The notes: generated by a model not told the origin, from the sequence alone. Positions 1 through 8,865 are shown, counted from the stretch's first letter. The stretch is 21,891 nucleotides of DNA from Candidatus Heimdallarchaeota archaeon (GCA_019057635.1 DXJL01000137.1:1-21891); one strand, 5' to 3'. Translations and numbers: made by a program.

Positions 1-2
1 AC

Positions 3-740
3 AGTTTCTTCAATGTTTGCATCTTCAAGGATGACATATGGGTCACTACCTCCTAACTCCAACAGGGAACGTTTCAACATTTCACCTGCTTTTGATGCAA
101 CAGCTCTTCCAGCAGATCCACTTCCTGTTAATGTAACTGCTTTAACGATTGGATTTTCAATTATAGCTCCTACTTCTCGGCTTCCCACTAGAAGGGTTCT
201 AAAAATATTCTTTGGAAACCCCGCCTTATGAAATACTTCCTCTATCGCTAGAGCACTTCCCGGTACATTACTCGCGTGTTTCAATACTCCACCATTTCCA
301 GCCATTAAAGTTGGTGCAATAAAACGTAGAGCCTGCCAGAAAGGAAAATTCCAGGGCATAATAGCTAATATAACACCTAGTGGTTGGTACGAGATAAAAC
401 TTTTTGAGGCATCAGTTTCTATTATTTCTGGTTTTAACTGATTTTCTGCCTCCTCTGCGTAGTATTCACACACCCATGCGCATTTCTCCACCTCAACACG
501 TCCGTCAACAATAGGTTTTCCCATTTCAAGAGCCATTATTTTCGCATATTCATTTTTCTTATCGCGGAGAACTTTGGCTGCCTTATGCATCAACTTCTTT
601 CTATACTCAAAGGATGTCTTTCTCCACTTTGAATATTCCTCTTGTACATTTTCAAGAATATCTTTGACTTCTTCTTTAGTCATTTCTGGATATTCTTTTA
701 TTACTTCTCTATTTAACGGATTTATTGCTTTAAGCGTCAT
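3..740 (-). CDS. NAD(P)-dependent aldehyde dehydrogenase (succinate-semialdehyde dehydrogenase Sad/GabD-like), 3' part runs off the window
   Basis: Not in the ORF track. Manual minus-strand translation from ATG at 740: MTLKAINPLNREVIKEYPEM...EMGKPI...QPLGVILAIMPWNFPFWQ...LKHASNVP...TLTGSGSAGRAVASKAGEMLKRSLLELGGSDP. Contains the ALDH motifs PWNFP, TGS and ELGG. Purine-rich RBS upstream. Confidence 0.95.
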   Translation of the reverse strand, partial: MTLKAINPLNREVIKEYPEMTKEEVKDILENVQEEYSKWRKTSFEYRKKLMHKAAKVLRDKKNEYAKIMALEMGKPIVDGRVEVEKCAWVCEYYAEEAENQLKPEIIETDASKSFISYQPLGVILAIMPWNFPFWQALRFIAPTLMAGNGGVLKHASNVPGSALAIEEVFHKAGFPKNIFRTLLVGSREVGAIIENPIVKAVTLTGSGSAGRAVASKAGEMLKRSLLELGGSDPYVILEDANIEET

Positions 741-773
741 ATTTATCTCTTTCCTATAATCTTTAAACCATTA

Positions 774-2417
774 TTATTCTAGAAGACAAAGCTTCTCTCC
801 TAGTTCCTGAATTAATACTCTTTCATTATCCGAATAATCCACTGGAACATCTATGAGATGTACTCCTGGAGTGTCCAGTTTCTGACTTAATATCGCTTGT
901 AAATCATCTTCAGGCTGGATTTTGTACCCACTTGCACCATAACTCTCGGCATATTTACAAAAATCGGGATTAGAAAAATCCAAACCGAAGTTTGTGTAAC
1001 CCATTGCACTCTGTTTCCACTTGATCATCCCGTACGCACTATCATTTAAAATTAAAATAACTAAATCGAGTTTCATGCGCACTGCGGTTTCAAGCTCTTG
1101 AGAATTCATCATAAATCCCCCATCCCCCAAAATAGCCAGTATTTTTTTGGTAGGATGAACTAATTTTGCTCCTATGGCGCTAGGTAATCCTGCACCCATG
1201 GTTGCCAAAGCATTGTCCAAGAGAACCGAATTAGGATTATGTGCTTTATAATTTCGTGCAAACCAAATTTTATACACTCCATTATCTAGGCAAATTATTC
1301 CGTCAGATGGCATTGCTTCGCGGACTTCGCTTACGATTTTCTGGGGGTAAAGTGGGAAATTTTCAAGGGATATCCCTTCTGCTATATGGGTTTCTAGGTG
1401 GGATTTTACCTGTAGAAAATATTCAAAATCCCACTCTTGTGGAATTATTTGCTCTTTAATCTGCCAAATGCTATTTGCAATGTCACCAATTACTTCTAAT
1501 TGGGGGAAGTAAACTTCATCAACCGCAGCAGACAGAAAATTAATATGAATGACTTGGATAGGATTCCGTTCATCCATAATAAAAGGAGGTTTTTCCACTA
1601 CATCATGTCCAACATTTAGAATGAGATCTGCATGATTAATTGCACAATGGACGTAATCCTGGGAAGATAGCGCTGTTGTGCCAAGGTATTGGGGGTGTCT
1701 CTCATCAATAACTCCTTTACCCATTTGAGTATTAATGAATGGAATTCCTGTTTTATCGACAAACTCCCTTAACATATTTTGGGTTCTCTTACGGTTGGCT
1801 CCAGCTCCAATCACGATAAGTGGACGTTTTACTTGTTCTAACATCCTAACTGCGGTTTTAACGGACTTAATCTCCGCAGTCGGTCTCCGTACTTGATGAA
1901 CTGGAAAAATTCTACATGAAGTATCTTCATGCGCAATATCCTCTGGTAATTCGATATGAACCGCTCCAGGTCTTTCCTCTTCTGCAATTCTAAATGCTTC
2001 TCTCACAATTGCGGGTATAGTGTTTCCATTTACTATTTGCTTAGTATATTTAGTCAAGGGCTGCATCATATGGACAATGTCCACAATTTGAAATTGTCCT
2101 TGTTTACTTTGCTTAATCGGTTTCTGTCCTGTTATCATCAGCATGGGCATTGCGCCTAATTGAGCATAAGCTGCTGCAGTGACTAAATTTGTAGCACCTG
2201 GGCCTAAAGTGGACAAACATACACCAGTTTTACCTGTTAATCGTCCATAAGTCGCAGCCATAAAACCAGCTGCTTGTTCGTGTCGGGTTAGGATCAAGGA
2301 TATACTAGATGTGCGGAGTGATTCCAGAAAATCTAGGTTTTCCTCTCCGGGTACACCGAAGATGTATTTCACCCCTTCGTTTTCCAACGCCTGCACAAGA
2401 AGATCTGAAGCTTTCAA
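774..2417 (-). CDS. Acetolactate synthase large subunit-like ThDP enzyme (547 aa from a TTG start)
   Basis: Motifs FGVPGEENL, RHEQAAGFMA, GPGATN and the ThDP-binding GDGGFMMNSQELET...ND. The start is moved from 2570 to TTG at 2417 (MKASDLLV), because the 51 upstream codons do not look like part of this family. Confidence 0.92.
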   Translation of the reverse strand: MKASDLLVQALENEGVKYIFGVPGEENLDFLESLRTSSISLILTRHEQAAGFMAATYGRLTGKTGVCLSTLGPGATNLVTAAAYAQLGAMPMLMITGQKPIKQSKQGQFQIVDIVHMMQPLTKYTKQIVNGNTIPAIVREAFRIAEEERPGAVHIELPEDIAHEDTSCRIFPVHQVRRPTAEIKSVKTAVRMLEQVKRPLIVIGAGANRKRTQNMLREFVDKTGIPFINTQMGKGVIDERHPQYLGTTALSSQDYVHCAINHADLILNVGHDVVEKPPFIMDERNPIQVIHINFLSAAVDEVYFPQLEVIGDIANSIWQIKEQIIPQEWDFEYFLQVKSHLETHIAEGISLENFPLYPQKIVSEVREAMPSDGIICLDNGVYKIWFARNYKAHNPNSVLLDNALATMGAGLPSAIGAKLVHPTKKILAILGDGGFMMNSQELETAVRMKLDLVILILNDSAYGMIKWKQSAMGYTNFGLDFSNPDFCKYAESYGASGYKIQPEDDLQAILSQKLDTPGVHLIDVPVDYSDNERVLIQELGEKLCLLE

Positions 2418-2573
2418 GATTATCCCCAAAATTCTATATGAAGTTTTCCAATAGCGATTCTTAGAACTAGTGAAATAATATTCGTAAAAACTCTTCGAGG
2501 ATGGGAAAGAGATGTCCCACAGCTTCTTATAATACATAATAGTGGGCAAGTAAAAAAAATCAGGGTACAAAAG

Positions 2574-2993
2574 TTAATCTGTTTGTGAGTCAAGAGTGGA
2601 TCTTAATTGAGCAGTAACTTCAGGTTCTTCTACTAATTCCGTTTTTTGAGCCATAAAAACAATCTCATCGTCTGTAAAACGAGGTATTACATGGAAGTGG
2701 ACATGCATGATTTCTTGCATGGCAATTTTTTCATTTGCTTGATAAACATTTACTCCATCGCATTTTAAGACTTGTTTAACCGCTTTCGTCACTCGACTGA
2801 CAGTCGCTCCGACTGCTTTTGCATCCTCAACTTGAATATCGTATAAGGTTTCTGAATGAGCTTTGGGAATAATTAATGTATGTCCCCGTGCAATAGGGAA
2901 GATATCTAAGATAGCTATCGTTTTTTCATCTTCATACAATTTTATACTAGGCATTTCCCCTGCAATAATCTTACAAAAGATACATGTTTCCAT
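2574..2993 (-). CDS. HIT family hydrolase
   Basis: N-terminal CIFCKII, GHTLIIPK, histidine triad HVHFHVIPR. Confidence 0.95.
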   Translation of the reverse strand: METCIFCKIIAGEMPSIKLYEDEKTIAILDIFPIARGHTLIIPKAHSETLYDIQVEDAKAVGATVSRVTKAVKQVLKCDGVNVYQANEKIAMQEIMHVHFHVIPRFTDDEIVFMAQKTELVEEPEVTAQLRSTLDSQTD

Positions 2994-3057
2994 TTAGCAT
3001 ACCTCTTCAGAATGAAATTAAACCATAAACTAAGGAATAATAACATTTTGATCAATA

Positions 3058-3459
3058 TTAAAAATAACTTCTGCTTTTGTTATCAGCTTCAATATACATG
3101 ATTTTTGATCGTTTATCGGTTGGATCACATTTCAAGACCTTTAACAAGAAAAATTTAGCCAGTTCCCAATTTTTTCTTTGGTAATAGAATTTACCTAGTT
3201 CTCTCCACGATTTAACAGATTTAACTCCGCTCTTACTATCAAGAAGATCAGAATTTTCTGTATTCGCTTGATCAATTGAAGAGGCACAATAGGGGCATCG
3301 TTCAAGCCCAACCATTTTCAAATCCTGTAAACACGAGGCACATATTAAGCGGTGGCAAGTCTTACACTCATAATTCTCATTTTGCTTCTTATTGTACTCG
3401 GTGCACAGGCAACAATATACAGTACGGTATTCTTCTCGTGGGGGGAGACGTTCTAACAT
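3058..3459 (-). CDS. RING-like (C4C4) zinc finger plus C-terminal TPR-like protein
   Basis: Cys spacing C-x2-C-x12-C-x2-C-x4-C-x2-C-x11-CPYC. C-terminal WRELGKFYYQRKNWELAKFFLLKVLKCDP fits the TPR consensus. Confidence 0.75.
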   Translation of the reverse strand: MLERLPPREEYRTVYCCLCTEYNKKQNENYECKTCHRLICASCLQDLKMVGLERCPYCASSIDQANTENSDLLDSKSGVKSVKSWRELGKFYYQRKNWELAKFFLLKVLKCDPTDKRSKIMYIEADNKSRSYF

Positions 3460-3587
3460 CTTTGTCTGGGATTAAAATGAACGAAGTTTCAAATAAAGCT
3501 TTCGATCTAGGATTTCTTCGCAACAAAGATTCATTTTTATTAATTGATTATCGGAAATCGATGAGGATCAGAAGCTTTAAATAGCGC

Positions 3588-4922
3588 ATGAGTTCCTTAT
3601 TCCAAGAAATAAAACATGGAGAACGGATCAAATTGAAACTCGGGGCAATGCAGCCTCTTAAGAAGTATAAATTCTTCCAAGAACAAGTCTTTGAAGGATT
3701 TTGGCCTTTCAACAGATTTCAATCACCTGCGAACGTCTTTCTTTTACTTCTAGTCTATTTCATCTGGGGGCTTTGTCTATATCTAATCTATAATATTCCG
3801 CTCAGTTTTATGATCGCAGGATCTTGTGGTGCTTTCGGATTATTCTTATGGACGATAGGTATATTTCGTTATGCGAATGCTTTAAGAAATGTTGAAATTG
3901 AGAGAATCAATAAGGTTAATCAAAAATTCTTAATTGGATTCCTTGAAAATCTATTCCATCCTTCATCCATAGTCCTTGGTGTATTTATATTCACAGCTGT
4001 GTTAACTTATCTCTTTACCTCTCCCTCACTAGGGACAGATAATTTTCTTACGCAACTCCGGTCTGCTATGAACGTAGAATCTTTGCCCCCTCTTCTTATG
4101 TTATTCATTTTCTTATTAATTTTTGATCTATGTTACAGATTAGGATTATCTCTATATCTAATTCTAACTCAAATAAAAAGAAATCTCATTTTGTCTCATT
4201 ACCTTAATACACCTTTATTAAAATCTCATTTTTCTCCTATAGACATTCGAAATTTAGAAGGATCTGATCGTATTCATTTTGTATCTATATGTGGAGGGTT
4301 CACACTTATCCCTTTAGGGTTATTGGATCCAATAATACTCATTGTTTTACTAATTTATATTAGTATTACTTTTATCCTTTCAACAGCAGTGCTTATTCAT
4401 TTACGGTTCATGTATCTTCGAGCTATTCCTGATGGCATAATGAAATTGATTAGATCTGCTAAATTTGCTCAAGTTGGTACAATCAGATCAGGAAAAATTC
4501 CCCATCTTACTCCAACTCTATTTATCTTCAACGGTAGAAATTTTTTCATTGCTACATCAAATAGAAGTCAAAAAGTTAAGAATTTACGTAATTTTAATAA
4601 AATTGCGATCTTAATTGACTCTCAAAATCAAGGTGATTTTACAAAAAGTGCAGGACTCTTGACTATTGGACATGCAAGAATTTATGGCTACAATATAAGA
4701 ACCGGAGTCGGTTATTTTCTTATCTTAGGATTTCGAATGATCCGTACCTATCTACTATTTCAGTTGAAGTATCCTCATTATATAAATGAATATTTGAGAG
4801 GAACTAAAGACCTACCTCGTGCGTGGCTGGTGTTTCCTATCATAAGTAGAACGATAATTGAAATAATACCAGAGGAATTTTATTTGTCCAAAGCTTCAAG
4901 ATCGGAATTAATCAAATTTTAA
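3588..4922 (+). CDS. Multi-pass membrane protein with a C-terminal pyridoxamine 5'-phosphate oxidase-like (split-barrel flavin-binding) domain
   Basis: About six hydrophobic segments in the first ~275 aa. Then AQVGTIRSGKIPHLTPTLF...FFIATSNRSQKVKNLRNFNKIAILID, the typical PNPOx pattern (T..G.P...P; S.K..N...NP.V). Confidence 0.75.
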   Translation: MSSLFQEIKHGERIKLKLGAMQPLKKYKFFQEQVFEGFWPFNRFQSPANVFLLLLVYFIWGLCLYLIYNIPLSFMIAGSCGAFGLFLWTIGIFRYANALRNVEIERINKVNQKFLIGFLENLFHPSSIVLGVFIFTAVLTYLFTSPSLGTDNFLTQLRSAMNVESLPPLLMLFIFLLIFDLCYRLGLSLYLILTQIKRNLILSHYLNTPLLKSHFSPIDIRNLEGSDRIHFVSICGGFTLIPLGLLDPIILIVLLIYISITFILSTAVLIHLRFMYLRAIPDGIMKLIRSAKFAQVGTIRSGKIPHLTPTLFIFNGRNFFIATSNRSQKVKNLRNFNKIAILIDSQNQGDFTKSAGLLTIGHARIYGYNIRTGVGYFLILGFRMIRTYLLFQLKYPHYINEYLRGTKDLPRAWLVFPIISRTIIEIIPEEFYLSKASRSELIKF

Positions 4923-4939
4923 GGTTGTGAGTTTGACCA

Positions 4940-5434
4940 TTGAGAGTGAAATGTGAAATTGATGGGAAGTGGTGCGACATTCCAGATACTATTTCACGAT
5001 TCTTTCTCAAAAAAGCTATGATATACGTTTGCTCAATGGATCGCTTGAAGAAGCCAATAATTCAATCAGTTATTTTTGTAAATGAACCTAGCAAATGTAC
5101 AATCGCATTCATTGCAAAAAGGTCATCTCAGATTAGGAAAAATTTACAGAATAATCCCTATCTAACTCTTACTCTCGATGAAACCCATTTAAAAGATCCT
5201 TTACAGCACGAAGGTATAATGATTGAGACGACAACACGAACTTCTACGTCTCAAAGTGAAATACAACAATGTTATGATGATTTACAAAAAAAGTATGGAA
5301 TCGATATTACAGCAAAAATCTTAGGAATGGAAATAATAACAGATTATATTAAAATAGAGGCAACACCGACAAAGATTATTCACTGGGAAGGCCCGTTCTA
5401 TCGAAAATTTGTTTGTACCGGTAAGAAAAATTGA
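4940..5434 (+). CDS. Pyridoxamine 5'-phosphate oxidase family protein
   Basis: YVCSMDRLKKPIIQSV...KRSSQIRKNLQNNPYLTLTLD...IEATPTKIIHW. Starts 17 bp after the previous gene. Confidence 0.7.
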   Translation: MRVKCEIDGKWCDIPDTISRFFLKKAMIYVCSMDRLKKPIIQSVIFVNEPSKCTIAFIAKRSSQIRKNLQNNPYLTLTLDETHLKDPLQHEGIMIETTTRTSTSQSEIQQCYDDLQKKYGIDITAKILGMEIITDYIKIEATPTKIIHWEGPFYRKFVCTGKKN

Positions 5435-5467
5435 AATATCAATTTAAAAATAAATTATGTTATTAAA

Positions 5468-5983
5468 ATGGTGTATAAGCTGAATAACCAAGAAATTAAG
5501 TGTGATTTTGGCAATGTTTTATCAAAGGAGTTTGGAAATAGCTGGCAGATGTTACGCCAGGCAATTGAAAATGTTTCAGATAAAAATTGGACTAATAGAA
5601 TAAATAACTGGTCTTTCTCCAATACAGTCTATCATATAATTGAAACAGCCGAATATTACCATAGAAATACCCCTGAAGGAATGAAATGGGGGAAAAGGGC
5701 AGGCTTTTCGTGGACGGATGACAGTGAGGAGACAATATTAAGAAAAATGTCAAGCCTTACTAAAAACGATTTAATCGAATATCTAGATGAAATTGAGAAG
5801 TGTATCTCACAGAGATTGGAAAAATCTACTAACGAAGACCTTTTCGGTACGGATAGTTTTGACAATGGTAAGTTGCATATAATCGAAAAAATGTTGTACC
5901 TGCTTCGACATAATATGCATCATATTGGAGAACTTAATAAAGTTCTAAGAGATACAGAAAGCAAACGAATTAAATGGCAATAA
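5468..5983 (+). CDS. DinB/DUF664 family protein
   Basis: WSFSNTVYHI and the C-terminal metal-binding motif LLRHNMHHIGEL of the DinB superfamily. Confidence 0.85.
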   Translation: MVYKLNNQEIKCDFGNVLSKEFGNSWQMLRQAIENVSDKNWTNRINNWSFSNTVYHIIETAEYYHRNTPEGMKWGKRAGFSWTDDSEETILRKMSSLTKNDLIEYLDEIEKCISQRLEKSTNEDLFGTDSFDNGKLHIIEKMLYLLRHNMHHIGELNKVLRDTESKRIKWQ

Positions 5984-6021
5984 CGTGTCTAACCCGTAGG
6001 AGCAATGAACAATTAATCTGA

Positions 6022-6465
6022 TTATACTAATTGCAATTCTTCAAACCAATTTCCTATTGACTCAAACCAGTCCGCTAAAAACGTCTTTAATTGATTAAAT
6101 GTTGGTTTAACAAGTGAATAATGAGTAAAATTACCCCTCTTCCATCCTTGAATTAATTTTAAATTCTCTAATTTTCTTAAGTCCCTTGAAATTACAGGTT
6201 GCGACTTTTGTAACATAGCTTCAAGTTCACAAGAACAACGATCTTTCTCTCGTAAAGCATTTATAATCAACAATCTGTCAGTATTTCCAAGAACTTCAAA
6301 AATACTATTTATGAAGAGAAACGGTTCTTCCGCTTTCAGTGCCATAGATAATGCTCCCAGATTATGATAATAGTCTTCAGCGTTATCTATGCCCTCACAT
6401 TTTCCTAATATCTGTATGATACGAGTTTTAAATTGTTCTTCGCCGATTTTGGTCACATTAATCAC
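6022..6465 (-). CDS. arsR: ArsR/SmtB family metalloregulator
   Basis: FEVLGNTDRLLII...DRCSCELEAMLQKSQPVISRDLRKL...GNFTHYSL, with a CxC site in helix 3. Divergent from acr3. Confidence 0.9.
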   Translation of the reverse strand: MINVTKIGEEQFKTRIIQILGKCEGIDNAEDYYHNLGALSMALKAEEPFLFINSIFEVLGNTDRLLIINALREKDRCSCELEAMLQKSQPVISRDLRKLENLKLIQGWKRGNFTHYSLVKPTFNQLKTFLADWFESIGNWFEELQLV

Positions 6466-6494
6466 TAATCTTATGGGTTAAACTATTTTAAGTA

Positions 6495-6524
6495 GTTATA
6501 TCAAAATTCTTAAATATATATAAC
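6495..6524. promoter_or_regulatory. Putative ArsR operator in the divergent arsR/acr3 promoter
   Basis: Imperfect inverted repeat GTTATAT(6495-6501)...ATATAAC(6518-6524) overlapping TATA-like sequence between the divergent genes. Confidence 0.4.
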
Positions 6525-6588
6525 AAAAAGTGAATACGTTTTATAAAATTATCTATTTTTAAAATCAACAATAATCTGGTATTAAACA

Positions 6589-7650
6589 ATGGAAACTCAT
6601 GACTCAATGGCCATTAAACATGACAAAGAGGAATCAGCACTAAGCTTATTCGAAAAATATCTGGTGGTGTGGATTCCATTATGTATGCTTGCAGGAATAC
6701 TCTTATCCCAATATCTACCATGGATCAGTGAAACAATTGATAATATCCAAATAAGAGGAATTTCCATTCCGATAGGTATTTGCTTGTTTCTTATGATGTA
6801 CCCCGCAGTACTCAATCTCAAGAGTTCTGAATTAAGAAAACTCGGTAGGAATCCAAAACCAATAATCCTCACTCTCTTCTCAAATTGGATAGTCGCACCA
6901 ATTGTTGGTCTTGTATTAGCGAATTTCTTTCTAGCAGGAAACGACCAACTAATAACTGCAATTATCTTACTTAGTGCCAGTCCTTGTACGGCAATGGTAT
7001 TAGTATGGGGATTAATGGCAGAAGGAAATCAAGAACAAAATGTTGTCAATACAAGTTTGAATACAATTACTATAATGATTCTTTACGCTCCACTTGTTAC
7101 AATTCTCACTGGAATTCAAAATATCCCTATTGACAGAGTTAGTCTTGCATTATCGGTTATTGTGTTCATTGGATTACCAATCTTTCTCGGATTATTAAGT
7201 AGGAATTATTTAATTTCAAAAAAAGGAGATCTTTGGTTCAATGAGACTTACCGACCGATAATTGGTAAAGTAGCGATTGTTGCGTTACTGATTACTCTGA
7301 TTTTATTATTTGCTTTAAATGGTAACACCCTTATTGAAAATCCAGAACTACTCGTCTTAGTTTCGATTCCATTATTGCTAGGTTTTGTGATAGTTGTTGG
7401 GTTTAATGTGTTTATTACCCGTATATTCAGGTTGCAATACAAAGAAGCTATTATTACAGTGATTATCGGATCTTCCAGCCATTTTGAAATAGCCATTGCA
7501 ACAGCTATTGCCGTGTACGGACTTGGATCAGTAGCTGCTCTAGGTACAACAATGGGATTATTCTGGGAAATTCCCATCATGCTCAGTATTGTGTATATGG
7601 GAAAATATCTTGGAAAAAGAGCTTTTTGGAATACCGAAGTGAAGACATAA
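6589..7650 (+). CDS. acr3: ACR3 family arsenite efflux transporter
   Basis: LSLFEKYLVVWI, MMYP, NWIVAP, SPCTAMVLVW and GSSSHFEIAIATAI are Acr3 signature motifs. Confidence 0.95.
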   Translation: METHDSMAIKHDKEESALSLFEKYLVVWIPLCMLAGILLSQYLPWISETIDNIQIRGISIPIGICLFLMMYPAVLNLKSSELRKLGRNPKPIILTLFSNWIVAPIVGLVLANFFLAGNDQLITAIILLSASPCTAMVLVWGLMAEGNQEQNVVNTSLNTITIMILYAPLVTILTGIQNIPIDRVSLALSVIVFIGLPIFLGLLSRNYLISKKGDLWFNETYRPIIGKVAIVALLITLILLFALNGNTLIENPELLVLVSIPLLLGFVIVVGFNVFITRIFRLQYKEAIITVIIGSSSHFEIAIATAIAVYGLGSVAALGTTMGLFWEIPIMLSIVYMGKYLGKRAFWNTEVKT

Positions 7651-7763
7651 ACTCCCTTCACTGTTCTTTGAGAATGTGGTTAATATTCAAACAGTTTTCT
7701 TTATCAAAAATCGAAAATGACCCCATCCCTTTTGTGAAAGGACATTCTCGAGATTATAGGGGG

Positions 7764-8229
7764 TCAATACTGTTGTTGGATAGATTGACAGATATGGACA
7801 TTTATAGACAAATAGGACAAGATGACATTGAGGAAAGAAGAGAAATAGAAAGCGGGATATCTTAGAAGGAGGAGTAGAGATAAAATACAGGATTAATAGA
7901 GTGTTCAACCGATCTCATAGGATTATACCTAAAATGACGCGCTATATAACTTCTTGATATTAGAATAACGGGAAACAAGCAAATTTGTTTTAGATTACAG
8001 GGCTTAGTAGGTTTATAAGAAGAAAAGCTACTAATCAATCAGGAAAGTCATGTGTATTTCCTGTCGCCGAGAGTTCTGCGGAGACCTTAAACGCCTGTGG
8101 AGAGGCGGTAAGACCTGCATTAATGCCGGCTCGCGTCGCTGAATCAGGAAGAACAGCGCCAAAGAGAGTTAAGGATAATTTTTCCCAATTATTCCTAGCG
8201 GTCCTATTTGGGTAAGTCTTTCAGAACGG
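7764..8229 (+). mobile_element. Non-autonomous (MITE-like) IS607-family element, ~466 bp, no tnpA/tnpB
   Basis: GG(T) at both junctions (7762-7764, 8228-8230), and removal restores the host frame. Left end has five GACA-core direct repeats (7787, 7797, 7807, 7816, 7824). CAAATAGGAC (7809-7818) recurs inverted as GTCCTATTTG (8201-8210). The right end ...GGGTAAGTCTTTCAGAACGG resembles IS607 right ends as I recall them. Confidence 0.8.
7781..7827 (+). repeat. Left-end direct repeat array (putative serine-recombinase TnpA binding sites)
   Basis: TAGATTGACA GATATGGACA TTTATAGACA AATAGGACA AGATGACA; GACA cores spaced 10, 10, 9 and 8 bp. Confidence 0.7.
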
Positions 8230-8249
8230 TATCGAACACCTCATTATAG
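8045..8249 (+). ncRNA. Putative TnpB omegaRNA (scaffold to 8229 plus flanking guide); 5' boundary approximate
   Basis: Contains AACGCCTGTGGAG (8090-8102), GTAAGACC (8108-8115) and GAATCAGGAA (8141-8150). 8063 onward translates as VAESSAETLNACGE, like the TnpB tail that overlaps the omegaRNA. Several hairpins. TTTATA box at 8012-8017. Confidence 0.65.
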
Positions 8250-8865
8250 ACTAAACTTTCAATGTGAAAATCTTTGAAGAAATCGAATACATCTTCCATA
8301 TGGGAGAAAAAACGAGGAATTCCATCCTCCACCCCACTTTTTATAACAATTGTCTGCTCATCAACAATATGACTGCTTTTTTCTCTAAATTGAGACCCCC
8401 TATCTTTTGTTAAAAGAGTTCCATAGAAAACTCCTCCAGGCTTTAGAATACGATACACTTCGGAAATGGTTTTCACAATATCCTTTCTAAATGCATGATA
8501 TATAACATCAAAACTTACTACTAAATCAAAAGTATTATCTGGATGAGCTATTTGTGTCATTCGTCCCTGGTTAACATTTGCTGATAAACCAGCTTTTTCT
8601 AACCACATTTTGGTTTCTTGAACTGCTTCTTCTGAGATGTCGCTCGCAAATACTTGGTATCCCTGAGCCGTAAAAAAAAACCGTGTGTCTCCCAATTCCA
8701 CAACCAAGATCATAAACTTTAATTTCAGGATTTTGCTCTAGTGAAAAGACTAATCTCATCACAGGACCATCGGGTATTTCCCAGCCACTTTTATCCATGA
8801 GTTCTAACCAGTTCCATCCCTGTTGGACTGATTCTTTTTTCAAGCTAAAACCTCATATAGAATTA

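Larger units (their letters stand above)
7687..8843 (-). pseudogene. Class I SAM-dependent methyltransferase, disrupted by a +1 homopolymer frameshift and an IS607-like insertion
   Basis: N-part (TTG 8843) has motif I VYDLGCGIGRH. The frame shifts at the A9 run 8672-8680 and continues FTAQGYQVFASDIS...FDLVVSFDVIYH...RILKPGG...EVFDT. After removing 7764-8229 it continues in frame as PYNLENVLSQKGWGHFRFLIKKTV* (stop 7687). Reconstituted length is ~229 aa. Confidence 0.88.

Noticed and set aside
13-759. Plus-strand ORFs 13-231 and 574-759
   Set aside because: Antisense shadows of the minus-strand aldehyde dehydrogenase.
2418-2570. 51-aa N-terminal extension of acetolactate synthase
   Set aside because: Not family-like. 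TTG at 2417 gives the typical MKASDL start and normal length.
7781-7827. Mini-CRISPR array
   Set aside because: The repeats are only 8-10 bp apart with no spacers, and there are no cas genes.
7626-7908. ORFs 7626-7865 (+) and 7687-7908 (-) as independent genes
   Set aside because: Both cross the element's left junction. Only 7687-7761 (-) is meaningful, as the detached methyltransferase C-terminus.
7764-8229. IStron/group I intron interpretation of the insertion
   Set aside because: No group I core is recognisable, and the element is antisense to the host gene, so splicing could not repair the mRNA.
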